From Candidatus Aenigmatarchaeota archaeon (GTDB lineage Archaea > Aenigmatarchaeota > Aenigmatarchaeia > CG10238-14 > SpSt-28), in contig JAWBAK010000001.1 of assembly GCA_038997165.1 (NCBI GenBank), forward strand, positions 485,320-549,319: DNA of 64,000 nt. Reading direction: 5' to 3'. The notes under the pieces are model-generated. The model searched no databases. It saw only the letters and a list, made by a program, of their open reading frames with translations, and was not told the DNA's origin. The position numbers and the translations under genes are program-made. Positions within the stretch are counted from its first letter, which is position 1. Every line of letters starts with the position of its first letter. Below, in pieces: positions 41,726 to 52,664 of the stretch.

Positions 41726-42098
41726 TCCTAATTTCTTCAAAGCCCATCTATGGAGTATGAAAAAATTAAAGAGAAAAATAATAGAAATTTAGTTTACTAA
41801 GTTTTTTATGCTTTATCTTTGAATAGTTTTTGAATAATAAGACACCTTCTAATATCACACTATCATAAACTTCTTTTTTGGTTTTTTAGGCACTAACTCA
41901 ACTTTTATTATATATCCATATATCTATCTTCTATTCAGAACTTTGTTCTTTTACCAATATAAATATCTCTTATACGCATCGTACCTCTTATTTTCTATAC
42001 TTTTTAGCAAATAAAAAATAACAATTAAAATAACTATAAATAAACTAGCATAAAAGGACTCAATAGAGATTAGATGTTTTATTCCCCATATTTTGTTT

Positions 42099-42965
42099 TT
42101 AATAAATCAACTTTAATTTGCAAAATCCGCAAATTTTTTGACTTGTTGGTTCTCCACAAATTTCACATTCTATATACTTTTCTTTTTTAGTTTCTATAAT
42201 TTTCTCGATTTTTTTATTAAACCTTATAATTCCTCTTATAAGTTCTAAATTAAAATTATTAAAATTCTTATCTGAAAACTCTAAAATTTGAAAGATTTTA
42301 TAATCTTCTTTTCTATTTAAATAACAACAAAAATTTGGAGAGTATGGACAGCTAATTTTCGTTATTGGTATACTTTTATATTCACAATACATTTTGTTTT
42401 CGTGTGGGTAAGCAAATATTAATGGTCTAATTTTTATTAGCTGTTTAGGATGTTCACTTTTTAACTTTGGTAAAATTTTTAGATTCCAATCAAAATTTCC
42501 ATGCATTAAATTCTTATAATAATTTATTAGCATGTCATACATATGATGCCCTGTAGCTATTTTTGTAGCTCCTAATTCTCTAGGAATTTTATTCATTAAG
42601 TATCTTTTTATTAATCCGCAAATAGAACAAATTGGTCTTTTTAGTATTTTTGAAATTTCCAAAATATCTAAATTAAATTCTTTTTTTACATTAGTTATGT
42701 AAAGTTCTACACCTAAAAAATTACATATTTTTTCTACTTCTTCTTCCAATCTATCTGAATATCCAAAACCTAAATTAATATGGTAAGCAAAAACTTTAGC
42801 ATTTAAATTCTTTTCTTCAATATACTCTTTTATTAAAGATAGAGCAGCTGAGCTATCTTTTCCTCCACTTATAGCAACAAATATTCTATCTTTATTTTCT
42901 ACAAGTTTATATTTTTCAATAGTTTTAAAAACTTTTTTTCTATATTTTTCAATTTCCTTATTCAT
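42099..42965 (-). CDS. TtuA/Ncs6 (TtcA family) tRNA thiolase
   Basis: SGGKDS PP-loop, CSIC, ATGH, IRPL, CPY, C-terminal CxxC..CxxC. Confidence 0.88.
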   Translation of the reverse strand: MNKEIEKYRKKVFKTIEKYKLVENKDRIFVAISGGKDSSAALSLIKEYIEEKNLNAKVFAYHINLGFGYSDRLEEEVEKICNFLGVELYITNVKKEFNLDILEISKILKRPICSICGLIKRYLMNKIPRELGATKIATGHHMYDMLINYYKNLMHGNFDWNLKILPKLKSEHPKQLIKIRPLIFAYPHENKMYCEYKSIPITKISCPYSPNFCCYLNRKEDYKIFQILEFSDKNFNNFNLELIRGIIRFNKKIEKIIETKKEKYIECEICGEPTSQKICGFCKLKLIY

Positions 42966-42994
42966 AATTTATCAAATTTAAATATATAGTTTTT

Positions 42995-43735
42995 ATGAGT
43001 ATTCGAAGAATTTCAACTGGAATTAAAGGCTTGGATGAAAAAATTGGTGGTGGTTTTCCAAAAAATTCTATTATATTAATTACTGGAAATCCTGGAACAG
43101 GTAAAACAATATTTTGTATTAATTTTTTGTTAGAAGGTTTAAAAAATAATGAAAGTGGTGTTTTAGTTTTAACTGAGCAAAAAATTGAAGATTTAAAAAC
43201 AGATGTTTTAGAAAGTATGAATATAAATTTAGAAGAATTTGAGCAAAAAAGATTGCTTAAAATATTGGAATTAGAACCAGAATTATCATTTTCTCCAAAA
43301 GTTTTTGAATCAGAAAAAGAAATAGGAAAAATTATTAAATTTTATATATTTAATTTAGTTGAAAAAATAGAAAAAGCTGTGAAAGAAGTTAATGCAAAAA
43401 GATTAGTAATAGATTCTATTTCAATATTAGAAAGTTTTATTAAAGACGAATATTTAAGAAGGACTGCACTAACATTTTTTATAAAAAGATTAAAAAATTT
43501 AGATGTTGTAACTTTAATAACTTCATCGCCTTCAGAAAAATTTAAAAGATTAACAATTTCAGGTATTTTAGAATTTCTCGTCGATGGTATAATAAAATTG
43601 GAATATAATCCAAAATCAAAAGAATTTAAAAGAACCTTAACAATTTTAAAGATGAGAAGAAGTAAACATGTAGAATTTATTTTACCATTTCATATAACTA
43701 ATGAAGGAATTAAGCTAATAGAAACCTCTTTTTAA
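42995..43735 (+). CDS. KaiC/RAD55-like ATPase
   Basis: ISTGIKGLD, GNPGTGKT, LVIDS, DGII.L, KMR. Confidence 0.9.
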   Translation: MSIRRISTGIKGLDEKIGGGFPKNSIILITGNPGTGKTIFCINFLLEGLKNNESGVLVLTEQKIEDLKTDVLESMNINLEEFEQKRLLKILELEPELSFSPKVFESEKEIGKIIKFYIFNLVEKIEKAVKEVNAKRLVIDSISILESFIKDEYLRRTALTFFIKRLKNLDVVTLITSSPSEKFKRLTISGILEFLVDGIIKLEYNPKSKEFKRTLTILKMRRSKHVEFILPFHITNEGIKLIETSF

Positions 43736-43764
43736 TTTCCTAATTAAATAGAATCAATTTATTT

Positions 43765-44376
43765 ATGGATGAAAAGGCAGATATTAAAAATATTATTGAA
43801 AAGTTTGAAAAATCAAGAGTAATATTATTAAATTTTAAAGATTGGAGCGGTTTAAATCTTGATCAACAAATAGCCAAAATAATTAAGCATTTAGTTAACA
43901 ATAAAAAAATGAAATGTGTTTATATTTCTATAAGAAATCCTTCAAATTATTTAATTGAAATATTTAAAAGTTTTGGAATAAATCTTTCAAATATTTTATT
44001 TATAGATGTTATATCTCAATACGTTTATGTTTCATCTCCAGAAATTTTAGTTTCATCTAAAGTTAAAATGGAAGAAAAATTAGAAAATGTAATAATGTTA
44101 AATTCACCTTTTAATTTAACAGAATTAGGAATATTATTTCTTGAAATTTCTTCTTCTTTTAAAGAAACTAGAGATGTTTTTATAGTTTTTGATTCTTTAG
44201 ATTCAATACTTCTTTATGTTGATAGAGAAAAATTTCTTAAGTTTTTTCATTTTTTTGTATCAAAATTGAAAATGTTTAAAACTTTAGGAATTTTTATTTT
44301 TTCAAAAGAAAAGGAATCGATTATTGAAGATATAAAATATTTGGTTGACGAAATTTACGTTTTGATTGAAAAATGA
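43765..44376 (+). CDS. Inactive KaiC/RecA-fold protein (DUF835-like)
   Basis: CVYIS, FIDVIS, VFDSL, LVDEI; no Walker A. Confidence 0.7.
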   Translation: MDEKADIKNIIEKFEKSRVILLNFKDWSGLNLDQQIAKIIKHLVNNKKMKCVYISIRNPSNYLIEIFKSFGINLSNILFIDVISQYVYVSSPEILVSSKVKMEEKLENVIMLNSPFNLTELGILFLEISSSFKETRDVFIVFDSLDSILLYVDREKFLKFFHFFVSKLKMFKTLGIFIFSKEKESIIEDIKYLVDEIYVLIEK

Positions 44377-44403
44377 TTAGATTAATATTTTTATTATTAT
44401 TTT

Positions 44404-44775
44404 ATGGCTAATGCAATAATAACATATCTAATATTATTAAGTATTTTAAGTTTAATAATTGGAGCTTTAGAATCTTTAATTTTGTTTTTTTTCTCTTCAA
44501 ATTTTTTTATTTCGAAAGAAATGAGAAAAATTTTAAAAAATTTGTTTCTTTCAATCTTTTTCATTTTACTCTATTTTATTTCAAATATTTTATCTTTATT
44601 TTTTTATGAAGTTCAAATAAGTTTATATATTGCTCTTTTTCAAACAATTTTTGCAATTATAGGAATTTCTTTTTTAATTTATACATCTATTTTAATTTAT
44701 AATTTAGCTTTAGAACTTGGTTTTCAAAGCCCAAAAAATAAAAGAAAAATAGAAAGATTTCTTAAAAAGGAGTAG
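44404..44775 (+). CDS. Small three-TM membrane protein
   Basis: Three hydrophobic helices; co-oriented with the KaiC pair. Confidence 0.65.
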   Translation: MANAIITYLILLSILSLIIGALESLILFFFSSNFFISKEMRKILKNLFLSIFFILLYFISNILSLFFYEVQISLYIALFQTIFAIIGISFLIYTSILIYNLALELGFQSPKNKRKIERFLKKE

Positions 44776-45727
44776 ATAAAAATTTTATCAAACTATAGTT
44801 GTTATTCAATCGAAAAGCTCTTTTTATTCCAAATTTTTCAAATTTGAGTAGATCGTTAAAATTATATTTTTCTTTTATTTCTGGCTTCAAAGATTTTTTT
44901 GGATCGCTATACATTAAATTTCCGTTTTCGTCATATTCAAAATCTTTATAGCTAAGTTTATAATCTCTTATAAGAAAACTTGCTCTATAAAGTCTTTTTT
45001 CTCTTTCCTTACTTTCTGGTTTTTTATTTTCTAGTGGAGTATTTTCTATTGGTTCAAAAGCTGAATAATAAACTCTTTTTAGATTTAATTTTCTATATAA
45101 GTATTCTGTAGTTTCCAATATTTCTTTATCGCTTTCTTCTTTTACTCCTACTATAAATTGTGTTACTAAATCAATTTTTTTACCTCTTTTTCTATAATAT
45201 TCAACAATTCTGCTTAATAATTTTAATCTTTTCAATACATCTTGCTTAAAAGATAAGTATAATTTAACTTCATCATAATATTGTTGTGAAGGAAATTCAA
45301 TATTTATTCCTACTCTATTAGCTAATTCTACAGCTCTTTTCATCAATTCTATATCGATTCCTGGCATTAATGTTAGATGAATATAGTTATTGTAATTTAA
45401 TTTTCTTAGCTCTTCTACTATTTCTATTTGTTTTTCTGAAGTTAAAATTGGATCTTTAATTATTCCACTAGATAGAAACAATCCATTAATTTTCTTAGCC
45501 CTAGTTAATTTTATTGTTAAATTTACTAATTCTTCTTTTTTCCAAATAGTTCGTGTAATTCTTCTTTCGTTTCTATATGGACAAAATAAACAGTTATTTA
45601 TACAAGAATTAGAAAGTAGTGTTTTTAATAATGGAATTTTTTTGCCATTAGAAGAAGCTAAAAAAATTGGACATTTTTCTAAATTTGTTCCATAAGTTAA
45701 AAATTTCCATTTTTCAGTAAAACTCAT
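44762..45727 (-). CDS. Radical SAM protein, putative DNA modification/repair family (TIGR03916-like)
   Basis: LLKTLLSNSCINNCLFC, GLFLSSG, TQFIVG, RVYYSAF, RE.RLY.A.FL.R.Y. Confidence 0.85.
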   Translation of the reverse strand: MSFTEKWKFLTYGTNLEKCPIFLASSNGKKIPLLKTLLSNSCINNCLFCPYRNERRITRTIWKKEELVNLTIKLTRAKKINGLFLSSGIIKDPILTSEKQIEIVEELRKLNYNNYIHLTLMPGIDIELMKRAVELANRVGINIEFPSQQYYDEVKLYLSFKQDVLKRLKLLSRIVEYYRKRGKKIDLVTQFIVGVKEESDKEILETTEYLYRKLNLKRVYYSAFEPIENTPLENKKPESKEREKRLYRASFLIRDYKLSYKDFEYDENGNLMYSDPKKSLKPEIKEKYNFNDLLKFEKFGIKRAFRLNNNYSLIKFLSTPF

Positions 45728-45812
45728 ATACTAATTTTATATAAATTTAGAAAAAATTCTATCACAATCTTTATTGCACGCAATAATACTAACTTAAAAT
45801 TTTTAAGTTTAA

Positions 45813-47039
45813 TTAATAGTTATTTTCTATTTTTTTGAGAATATCAAAAAAATAAGATATCTCTTCTTTTGTATTATATAAATATAAACTTGCTCTTACA
45901 GTTCCGCCACTTTCAAAGAGATTAAGATATTTCATTAGTGGATGTGCACAATGATATCCACTTCTTACTGCTATACCTTCTAAATCTAATAACTTTGCTA
46001 TTTCATGTGGCTTCAAATAATCATGTATAAAAGAAAATATTGGAGCTCTATTTTTGTAATTCTTACTGCCAACTAATTTAAATTTTCTAAGTTCGCTAAA
46101 TCTATCTAAGAAATATCTAGTTAATTCACTTAAATATTTTTCGATATTTTCCATTCCAATGTTTTCTAAAAATTTAACTGCTTCAGCAAAAGCTATAGCA
46201 TCTACTATATTAGGTGTGCCTGCTTCAAATTTCCATGGTAAATCATTCCATATTGCCGAATAAAAATCAACATCCTTAATCATATCCCCACCAAACAAAA
46301 ATGGTTCCATTTCTTCTAAAATATCTTTTTTTCCATATAAAATACCTATACCTGTAGGACCGAGCATTTTATGAGAACTAAATACTAAGAAATCTGCATC
46401 TAATTTCTTAACATCTATTTTAGTATGAGGAGCACTTTGCGCAGCATCTATTATAACTATTGCTTCATTTTCATGAGAAATCTTAATAATTTCTTCTATA
46501 TCGTTAATACTTCCTAAAACATTTGAAATATGAGTTATAGAAACAATTTTAGTATTTCTGTTTATTTTTTCCTTAAACTCTTCTACATTTATTTTATAAT
46601 CTTTATTCAGACCAACATAAGTAAGCTTACAACCAATTTTTTTAGATACAAACTGCCATGGTAAAATATTTGAATGATGTTCCATCACACTTATTATTAT
46701 TTCGTCATTTTTGTTTAAATTTTTTAATGCATAAGAATATGCGATTAAATTTATAGATTCAGTAGTATTTCTTGTAAAAATTATTTCTTCAAAAATTGAA
46801 TTTACAAAATTTGCAACTATTTCACGAGCATTTTCATATTCATCACTTAACTCTTGACTTAGAGTATAAATTCCTCTATGTATATTTGCATAATAATTTT
46901 CATATATTTCTTTTATTTTTTCTATTACAGCTTTTGGTTTTTGAGTAGAAGCAGCGTTATCAAAGTAAATTAGCTTTTTATTATTAATTTTTCTTTTCAA
47001 TATTGGAAATTCTTCTCTTATTTTTTCTACATCAAACAT
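45813..47039 (-). CDS. sufS: Cysteine desulfurase SufS
   Basis: YFDNAASTQKP, EHHSN, SSHKMLGP, RSGYHCA. Confidence 0.95.
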   Translation of the reverse strand: MFDVEKIREEFPILKRKINNKKLIYFDNAASTQKPKAVIEKIKEIYENYYANIHRGIYTLSQELSDEYENAREIVANFVNSIFEEIIFTRNTTESINLIAYSYALKNLNKNDEIIISVMEHHSNILPWQFVSKKIGCKLTYVGLNKDYKINVEEFKEKINRNTKIVSITHISNVLGSINDIEEIIKISHENEAIVIIDAAQSAPHTKIDVKKLDADFLVFSSHKMLGPTGIGILYGKKDILEEMEPFLFGGDMIKDVDFYSAIWNDLPWKFEAGTPNIVDAIAFAEAVKFLENIGMENIEKYLSELTRYFLDRFSELRKFKLVGSKNYKNRAPIFSFIHDYLKPHEIAKLLDLEGIAVRSGYHCAHPLMKYLNLFESGGTVRASLYLYNTKEEISYFFDILKKIENNY

Positions 47040-47268
47040 TTTTTATAATTTCTAAGATTTCAAAAATCTCATCTTTTTTAAAATTATAAAAAAGTATTTC
47101 CCCATATTTAAAAATTAAAATTTCTTTTTCTTTTTTACTCAATTTTATTGAGTCCTCATTTTTAATAACAACTTTATAATCTTTGAAAAGATTAGCTATT
47201 TTTTCAATTTCAATCTCTTTATCAAATTTTAATGAAAAAGCACCCCCACAAATTTCTCTAAGTTTCAT
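47032..47268 (-). CDS. Small protein, possibly a ThiF/MoeB C-terminal-domain-like fold
   Basis: EICGG...ILIFKYGEILF; overlaps the sufS start. Confidence 0.55.
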   Translation of the reverse strand: MKLREICGGAFSLKFDKEIEIEKIANLFKDYKVVIKNEDSIKLSKKEKEILIFKYGEILFYNFKKDEIFEILEIIKNV

Positions 47269-47313
47269 AAAATAATAAAATATATAAATATTTTATTATA
47301 ACAGTGTTATATT

Positions 47314-48006
47314 ATGAAGATGCTTAGAGTTAAAAATTTAAGCGCAAAAATAGAAAATAAAGTTATTCTAAAAGATATTTCTTTCGAAATAGATAAAAAT
47401 AGTATATCTGCAATTATAGGCCCAAATGGAAGCGGAAAAACAATTTTAGCTAGATGTATATTAAACGATAAGCTAATCGAAAAAAGTGGTAAAATTTTTT
47501 TTGAAGATATAGATATTACAAATTTAGAAACAGACAAAATAGCTAAATTAGGTATTTATCTTTCGATGCAACAACAACCAGAAATAGAATATATAAAAAC
47601 ATTTCAATTTTTAAAATATTTAGGATTTAAAGAATTAGAGGAAATTAAAAAAATAGGAGAAGAATTATCCTTACCAAAAGATTTCCTAGAAAGAGGAATC
47701 AATGAAAGATTTTCTGGTGGAGAAAAAAAGAAATTTGAATTATTGCTAATTAAACTATTAAATCCAAAACTAATAATTTTTGATGAAATAGATTCTGGAT
47801 TAGACATTCAGTCTATAGATTATTTAATAAATTTTATAGAAAATGAACTAAGAAATGGAAAAACTTTTTTAATTATTTCTCATAATGTAAACTTTCTAGA
47901 AAGAATGAACATAAAGAAATTCTTTGTTTTAGTGAATGGGGAAATAAAAAAAGAAGGTAATAAAGAAATTTTAGAAATAATTAAGAAAAATGGTTTCAAT
48001 ATTTAA
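47314..48006 (+). CDS. sufC: Fe-S assembly ATPase SufC
   Basis: GPNGSGKT, FSGGEKK, DEIDSGLD. Confidence 0.93.
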   Translation: MKMLRVKNLSAKIENKVILKDISFEIDKNSISAIIGPNGSGKTILARCILNDKLIEKSGKIFFEDIDITNLETDKIAKLGIYLSMQQQPEIEYIKTFQFLKYLGFKELEEIKKIGEELSLPKDFLERGINERFSGGEKKKFELLLIKLLNPKLIIFDEIDSGLDIQSIDYLINFIENELRNGKTFLIISHNVNFLERMNIKKFFVLVNGEIKKEGNKEILEIIKKNGFNI

Positions 48007-49393
48007 AGATATAGAAAAATTAAAAGAGAAAGATTGGTTTAGCTCAAATTATATTCCAGAAAAAATAATTAAAGGTCCTTTAAATGAAGAAAAAATTAAA
48101 GAAATTTCAGAAATAAAAAATGAACCAAAATGGATGCTTAAGAAAAGATTAGAAGGTTTTAGAGCATTTAAGAAGTTACCTATGCCTAATTTTGGACCCA
48201 AAATAGAAATAAATTTCGATGAAATAAACTACTTTTCTTCTCCACTATATCCAAAACCAAGAAGTTGGGATGAACTACCAAGCTTTATAAAAGAAACTTT
48301 TATTAAATTGGGTTTATCAAAAAAAGAAATTGAAATTTTAGCTGGAATCGAATTTCAATTCGATTCAATCCCTATATTTAAAAAAATAAGAGAAAAATTA
48401 GAAGAACTTGGAATTATATTTACTAGCTTAGATGAAGCAATAATTAATTATCCGAAACTTGTTAAAAAATATTTTGGCAAAATTGTAAGTCCTTATGAAA
48501 ACAAGTTTGCCGCATTGAATACTGCAGTATGGAGTGGAGGAGTATTTATCTATATACCAAAAGATGTAAAATTAGAATTTCCTCTTCACGCATATTTTAG
48601 AGTTAATTTAGAAAAAATGGGTCAATTCGAAAGAACATTAATTATTGCAGATGAAAATAGCGAAGTAAACTATGTAGAAGGTTGTAGTGCTTCTATATAT
48701 TCGATAGCATCTTTACATGCTGCAGTAGTTGAAGTTATTGCAAAGAAAAGATCTAAAGTAAAGTATTATACAATACAAAACTGGTCTAAAAATGTATATA
48801 ATTTAGTTACTAAAAGAGCATATTTAGAAGATTATTCAAAAGTTCAATGGACTTCTATAGAGTTAGGAAGCAAAGTCACAATGCTTTATCCTTCTTTAAT
48901 TTTGAACAATAATTGTTTAGGTGAAATATATAATCTTTCTATAGCTCATAATAATCAACATATTGATAGTGGAGGAAAATTAATTTTTAATGGAAAAAAT
49001 TCAAAAGGATTAATAATTTCCAAGGGTATTGCTATTGGAGAAAATGCTAAATCAACAAGCAGATTTGATATATTTATCAACAAGAACTCTGAAAATTCTA
49101 TTGTAATTTCTAAGTGCGACTCTCTTTCTATAGATAATGGTAAAGTAGAAACAATACCAAGAATAGTAGTTAACGAAAATAAATGTTATTTTAATCATGA
49201 AGGTAAAAACGAAATTATAGATAATGAAAAAATTTTCTTTTTAACTTCTAAAGGTATTAATGAAAATAAGGCAAAAGAATTAATATTTTTTGGTTTTATA
49301 GACGATATCATTAATAACTTACCTGATTTTTTTAAGTTAGAATCGAAAAAGATACTTTCTATTAATTTAGAGGAGTATGGAGGTTTTGGCTAA
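47990..49393 (+). CDS. sufB: Fe-S assembly scaffold SufB
   Basis: EPKWML, NKFAALN.AVWSGG, GQFERTLI, YVEGCSA, LHAAVVE. Confidence 0.95.
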   Translation: MVSIFKDIEKLKEKDWFSSNYIPEKIIKGPLNEEKIKEISEIKNEPKWMLKKRLEGFRAFKKLPMPNFGPKIEINFDEINYFSSPLYPKPRSWDELPSFIKETFIKLGLSKKEIEILAGIEFQFDSIPIFKKIREKLEELGIIFTSLDEAIINYPKLVKKYFGKIVSPYENKFAALNTAVWSGGVFIYIPKDVKLEFPLHAYFRVNLEKMGQFERTLIIADENSEVNYVEGCSASIYSIASLHAAVVEVIAKKRSKVKYYTIQNWSKNVYNLVTKRAYLEDYSKVQWTSIELGSKVTMLYPSLILNNNCLGEIYNLSIAHNNQHIDSGGKLIFNGKNSKGLIISKGIAIGENAKSTSRFDIFINKNSENSIVISKCDSLSIDNGKVETIPRIVVNENKCYFNHEGKNEIIDNEKIFFLTSKGINENKAKELIFFGFIDDIINNLPDFFKLESKKILSINLEEYGGFG

Positions 49394-50027
49394 TAAATTT
49401 GGAAAATATTTAGATGTAAATAAAATTAAATATAGAGAAAAAATAAGCAGAGAATTAAAAGTTAATAGTGATAAAACTTATCTATACACTAAAAACAATT
49501 TATATGAAGAAAAACTGGAAATAGAAAGTTGTAATTTTTATTCTAATATAAGAAATAGTATAGTTATTAGAAAAATTTTTGCTACAAATTCGAATATTTA
49601 TATAAAAATCAAATCAAATTCATTTATTTTAATTGATGAAATACTTTCAACAGGAAATATAAAATATTTTCTTTATGGAAAAGCAAAAGAAGGATATGTT
49701 TATCTTAAATTAAGTCCAAATTCAAATAGTTATATTAATTCTAATATGAAACTTTTTGTTACTAAAAAATTAGTTTCAATAGGTAGTATAGAAATAAAAG
49801 AAGAATCAATAAATTCTATAGCTAACTTACACAAAGTTTTTTATTTAAAAAACAATTCGATATTAGTTTCTATTCCTATAATAAACGTTGAAAATGATAG
49901 TTCAAAGGCTTTTCATTCTTCTAAAATAATTAGACTAGATTATGATCAAAAGTTTTTCTTAATGAGTAAAGGACTAAATGAGAAGAATATCGAAAATTTA
50001 ATATTAAGATATTTCGAATCAATTTAA
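49377..50027 (+). CDS. sufD: Reduced SufD-like protein
   Basis: SIP.I.V...AFHSS...QKFFLMSKG C-terminal SufBD motif. Confidence 0.7.
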   Translation: MEVLANKFGKYLDVNKIKYREKISRELKVNSDKTYLYTKNNLYEEKLEIESCNFYSNIRNSIVIRKIFATNSNIYIKIKSNSFILIDEILSTGNIKYFLYGKAKEGYVYLKLSPNSNSYINSNMKLFVTKKLVSIGSIEIKEESINSIANLHKVFYLKNNSILVSIPIINVENDSSKAFHSSKIIRLDYDQKFFLMSKGLNEKNIENLILRYFESI

Positions 50028-50127
50028 AAAATAAAAAAAGAAAGAACAAATTGAAATATATAGACTACTAAAATTTTTTTTATGATTTCTTTTTTGATTT
50101 ACAACCTCTTGGCATAATATTTTATTT

Positions 50128-50796
50128 TTATTCTTTTATACTTTTATATACAAACCACCAATCATAACCTTCTAATTCTTTTTTAGCTAATTTTTCACTG
50201 TACTCTTTAGCTTCACTAAGATTTCTTCTTGGAGGTATTATAACTTTATCTCCTATTAATTCGTTATTTGGCCAATTTGCAGGTATAGCAACTTTATGCT
50301 TATCACTAGTTTGTAAAGCCTTAATAATTCTCAATATTTCATCAATATTTCTACCTATTTCTTGTGGATAGAACAACATTACTCTTACAATACCTTCTGG
50401 ATCTATTATATATACACCTCTTACTGTATTTGTTCCTTTAGTAGGATGAATTAATCCTAATTTTTTAGAAATTTCTCCTAAATCATCTGCTATAATTGGA
50501 AATTTTATTTCTACCCCTAATTTTTCTTTTATCCATTCTATCCATTTTATATGACTAAAGACTTGATCAATGCTTAAACCTAAAAGTTCTGTATTTAATT
50601 TTTTAAATTCTTCGTATCTTCTTTGAAATGCTACAAATTCTGTTGTACAAACTGGTGTAAAGTCTGCTGGATGAGCAAATAGTACTAGCCACTTTCCTTT
50701 ATAGTCTCTAGGTATTACTTTTATACCATCCGTTGTTACTACTTGCATTTCTGGAAACTTGTCTCCTAAGCGTATTATGTTAGTTTCACTATTCAT
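50128..50796 (-). CDS. Peroxiredoxin (Prx6, 1-Cys type)
   Basis: [25 protein letters not shown] without flanking Cys. Confidence 0.93.
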   Translation of the reverse strand: MNSETNIIRLGDKFPEMQVVTTDGIKVIPRDYKGKWLVLFAHPADFTPVCTTEFVAFQRRYEEFKKLNTELLGLSIDQVFSHIKWIEWIKEKLGVEIKFPIIADDLGEISKKLGLIHPTKGTNTVRGVYIIDPEGIVRVMLFYPQEIGRNIDEILRIIKALQTSDKHKVAIPANWPNNELIGDKVIIPPRRNLSEAKEYSEKLAKKELEGYDWWFVYKSIKE

Positions 50797-50901
50797 ACTA
50801 ATATTTTATCAAAAAAGTATAAATATTTTTCTTTTTAATAAAAAAATTTATCAAAGCGATACAAAGTTGTTATTTAAATAATTTAATATTCTAAAATTTT
50901 T

Positions 50902-51309
50902 ATGGAAAAAGAAATTTTATTAAAAATGCTTTTAAAAGGTTATTCAAAAAAAGAAATAGCAAAAAAATTAAATAAATCTGAAGTTGCCATAAGAAAGAAA
51001 ATACAAAAATTAAGGAAAGAAAAAATATTATTAGGATTTAAACCAATAATAAATTTCAAGCGCGTAAATCTTTTTTATTCAATAACAGGAATAGATGTAG
51101 AGCCTGAAAAGTTAATCGACATAATAGAAAAATTAAAATCGTATAATGAAGTCTTTTCAATATATCTTACTAGTGGTGATCATACTATAATTGTTGAAAT
51201 TATAGTAGATGATATTAAAGAATTAGAAGATTTACATAAAAAAATTTCTTCTATTGATGGAGTCAAGAGAGTTTGTCCATCTATATTATTAGACATTATA
51301 AAAGTTTAG
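50902..51309 (+). CDS. Lrp/AsnC transcriptional regulator
   Basis: N-terminal HTH; SGDH, GVKRVCP. Confidence 0.9.
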   Translation: MEKEILLKMLLKGYSKKEIAKKLNKSEVAIRKKIQKLRKEKILLGFKPIINFKRVNLFYSITGIDVEPEKLIDIIEKLKSYNEVFSIYLTSGDHTIIVEIIVDDIKELEDLHKKISSIDGVKRVCPSILLDIIKV

Positions 51310-51358
51310 CAAAATTACTTTTTATATTGATTTGTATATAAGAGAAATATTTGAAGAT

Positions 51359-51775
51359 TTATAGATTCAATTTCTTAATAAATTCGTATGCAAGTCTTAA
51401 ATTTTCTTTATCTTCTTCAAAATTTAACAAATTAATCGCTTCTTCAAAATTTAACCATTTAAAATCTTCATGCTCCCAAGATATTTTTACATCTTTTGAT
51501 TTAGCTCTTGCTAGAAAAAATATAGCTTTTTTTCTTATTAACTTTCTATGAAGCCAATAAGAATATTCATATTCCCTTCTAAAACCAGGAATAAATTCAA
51601 CATCTAAATTTGTTTCTTCTTTTATTTCTCTCTTTGCTGCTTCTATTTCGCTCTCATTTTTTTCTTTTTCTCCTTTAGGAAACCCCCAATAATTTGGATA
51701 TTTTAAAACTAAAAACTCAATATTATCATTTTCTTTATAAAAAATAATAGCTCCACAAGATACTTTTTTAATCAT
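51359..51775 (-). CDS. NUDIX hydrolase (Ap4A hydrolase-like)
   Basis: WGFPKG..E..E...AAKREIKEET, ISWEH. Confidence 0.9.
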   Translation of the reverse strand: MIKKVSCGAIIFYKENDNIEFLVLKYPNYWGFPKGEKEKNESEIEAAKREIKEETNLDVEFIPGFRREYEYSYWLHRKLIRKKAIFFLARAKSKDVKISWEHEDFKWLNFEEAINLLNFEEDKENLRLAYEFIKKLNL

Positions 51776-51830
51776 AAAAGTATTAATTATATCGAGATAA
51801 AATTTAATTAAAAAAACTTAGAAAATAATT

Positions 51831-52661
51831 TTAACCAAATTTATATCCAAATTTTTCTAATATTTTTTTCATTTTTAAACTATCTTGCTCTAAAATAGGA
51901 CTTTCAGAAATTATCGTTATATTTTCAATTTTTCTTTCAATTAATGTTTTTGCTAAATCCTCAAATTTTGGATGAGAATTTATATTAGTGTGTATATCAA
52001 CAAACTTTTTTGTTTTTAAATTAAATTTAACATTGGAAAAATGTGTATGATAATATTCAAAATTAGCTAAATCAAAAATTTTATCAAAATCAATTTTTCC
52101 ATTATTATATGCAAAAATATGTGCAAAATCTATACAAATACTAAATTGCTTATTATTAATTTCGTTTTTTAATTTTATCAGAGTTTCAAAATCTGCAAAT
52201 TGAGAAGATTTTGCCATCGTTTCATAAAGTAGAATAGAATTCTTAATTTTTAGTTTTTTCATTTTATTTAATAATTCTATTGTTATTTTTTTCATCCTTT
52301 CAAAAGCTTCTTCTTTACTTAACTTTCCATAATAAGCTGCATGAACAACAACAAATTTTGCACCCATTATTTCTGATAATTTTAAACACTTTAATATCAA
52401 TTCTTTACTTTTTTTAACTGTTTCTTCTTTTTCACTAAGTAAATTAATAAAATATGGGGCATGTATACTTAATTCAACATCTAATTCTTCTGCAATCTTT
52501 CCAACTTCTTCTGCGCTTTTTTCATTTAAATATATATTTCTTACGAATTCTATTTCCATTGCATTTAATCCTAAATTTCTAACTTCTTTAATTCCTTCTA
52601 TTGTATTTTTATTTTTCGAAGAAAGTGTAGTTGGTAATCCAGCTGGTCCTAATCTTATCAT
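51831..52661 (-). CDS. nfo: Endonuclease IV (archaeal type)
   Basis: GPAG, EIEFV, SIHAPYFINL, ETM, DFAH, ISESP. Confidence 0.88.
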   Translation of the reverse strand: MIRLGPAGLPTTLSSKNKNTIEGIKEVRNLGLNAMEIEFVRNIYLNEKSAEEVGKIAEELDVELSIHAPYFINLLSEKEETVKKSKELILKCLKLSEIMGAKFVVVHAAYYGKLSKEEAFERMKKITIELLNKMKKLKIKNSILLYETMAKSSQFADFETLIKLKNEINNKQFSICIDFAHIFAYNNGKIDFDKIFDLANFEYYHTHFSNVKFNLKTKKFVDIHTNINSHPKFEDLAKTLIERKIENITIISESPILEQDSLKMKKILEKFGYKFG

Positions 52662-52664
52662 AAA

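Noticed and set aside
41726..42098. 370-bp gap after tRNA-Arg as an integrated element or ncRNA
   Set aside because: No tRNA 3' duplication and no GC-rich structure; at most an unidentifiable gene remnant.
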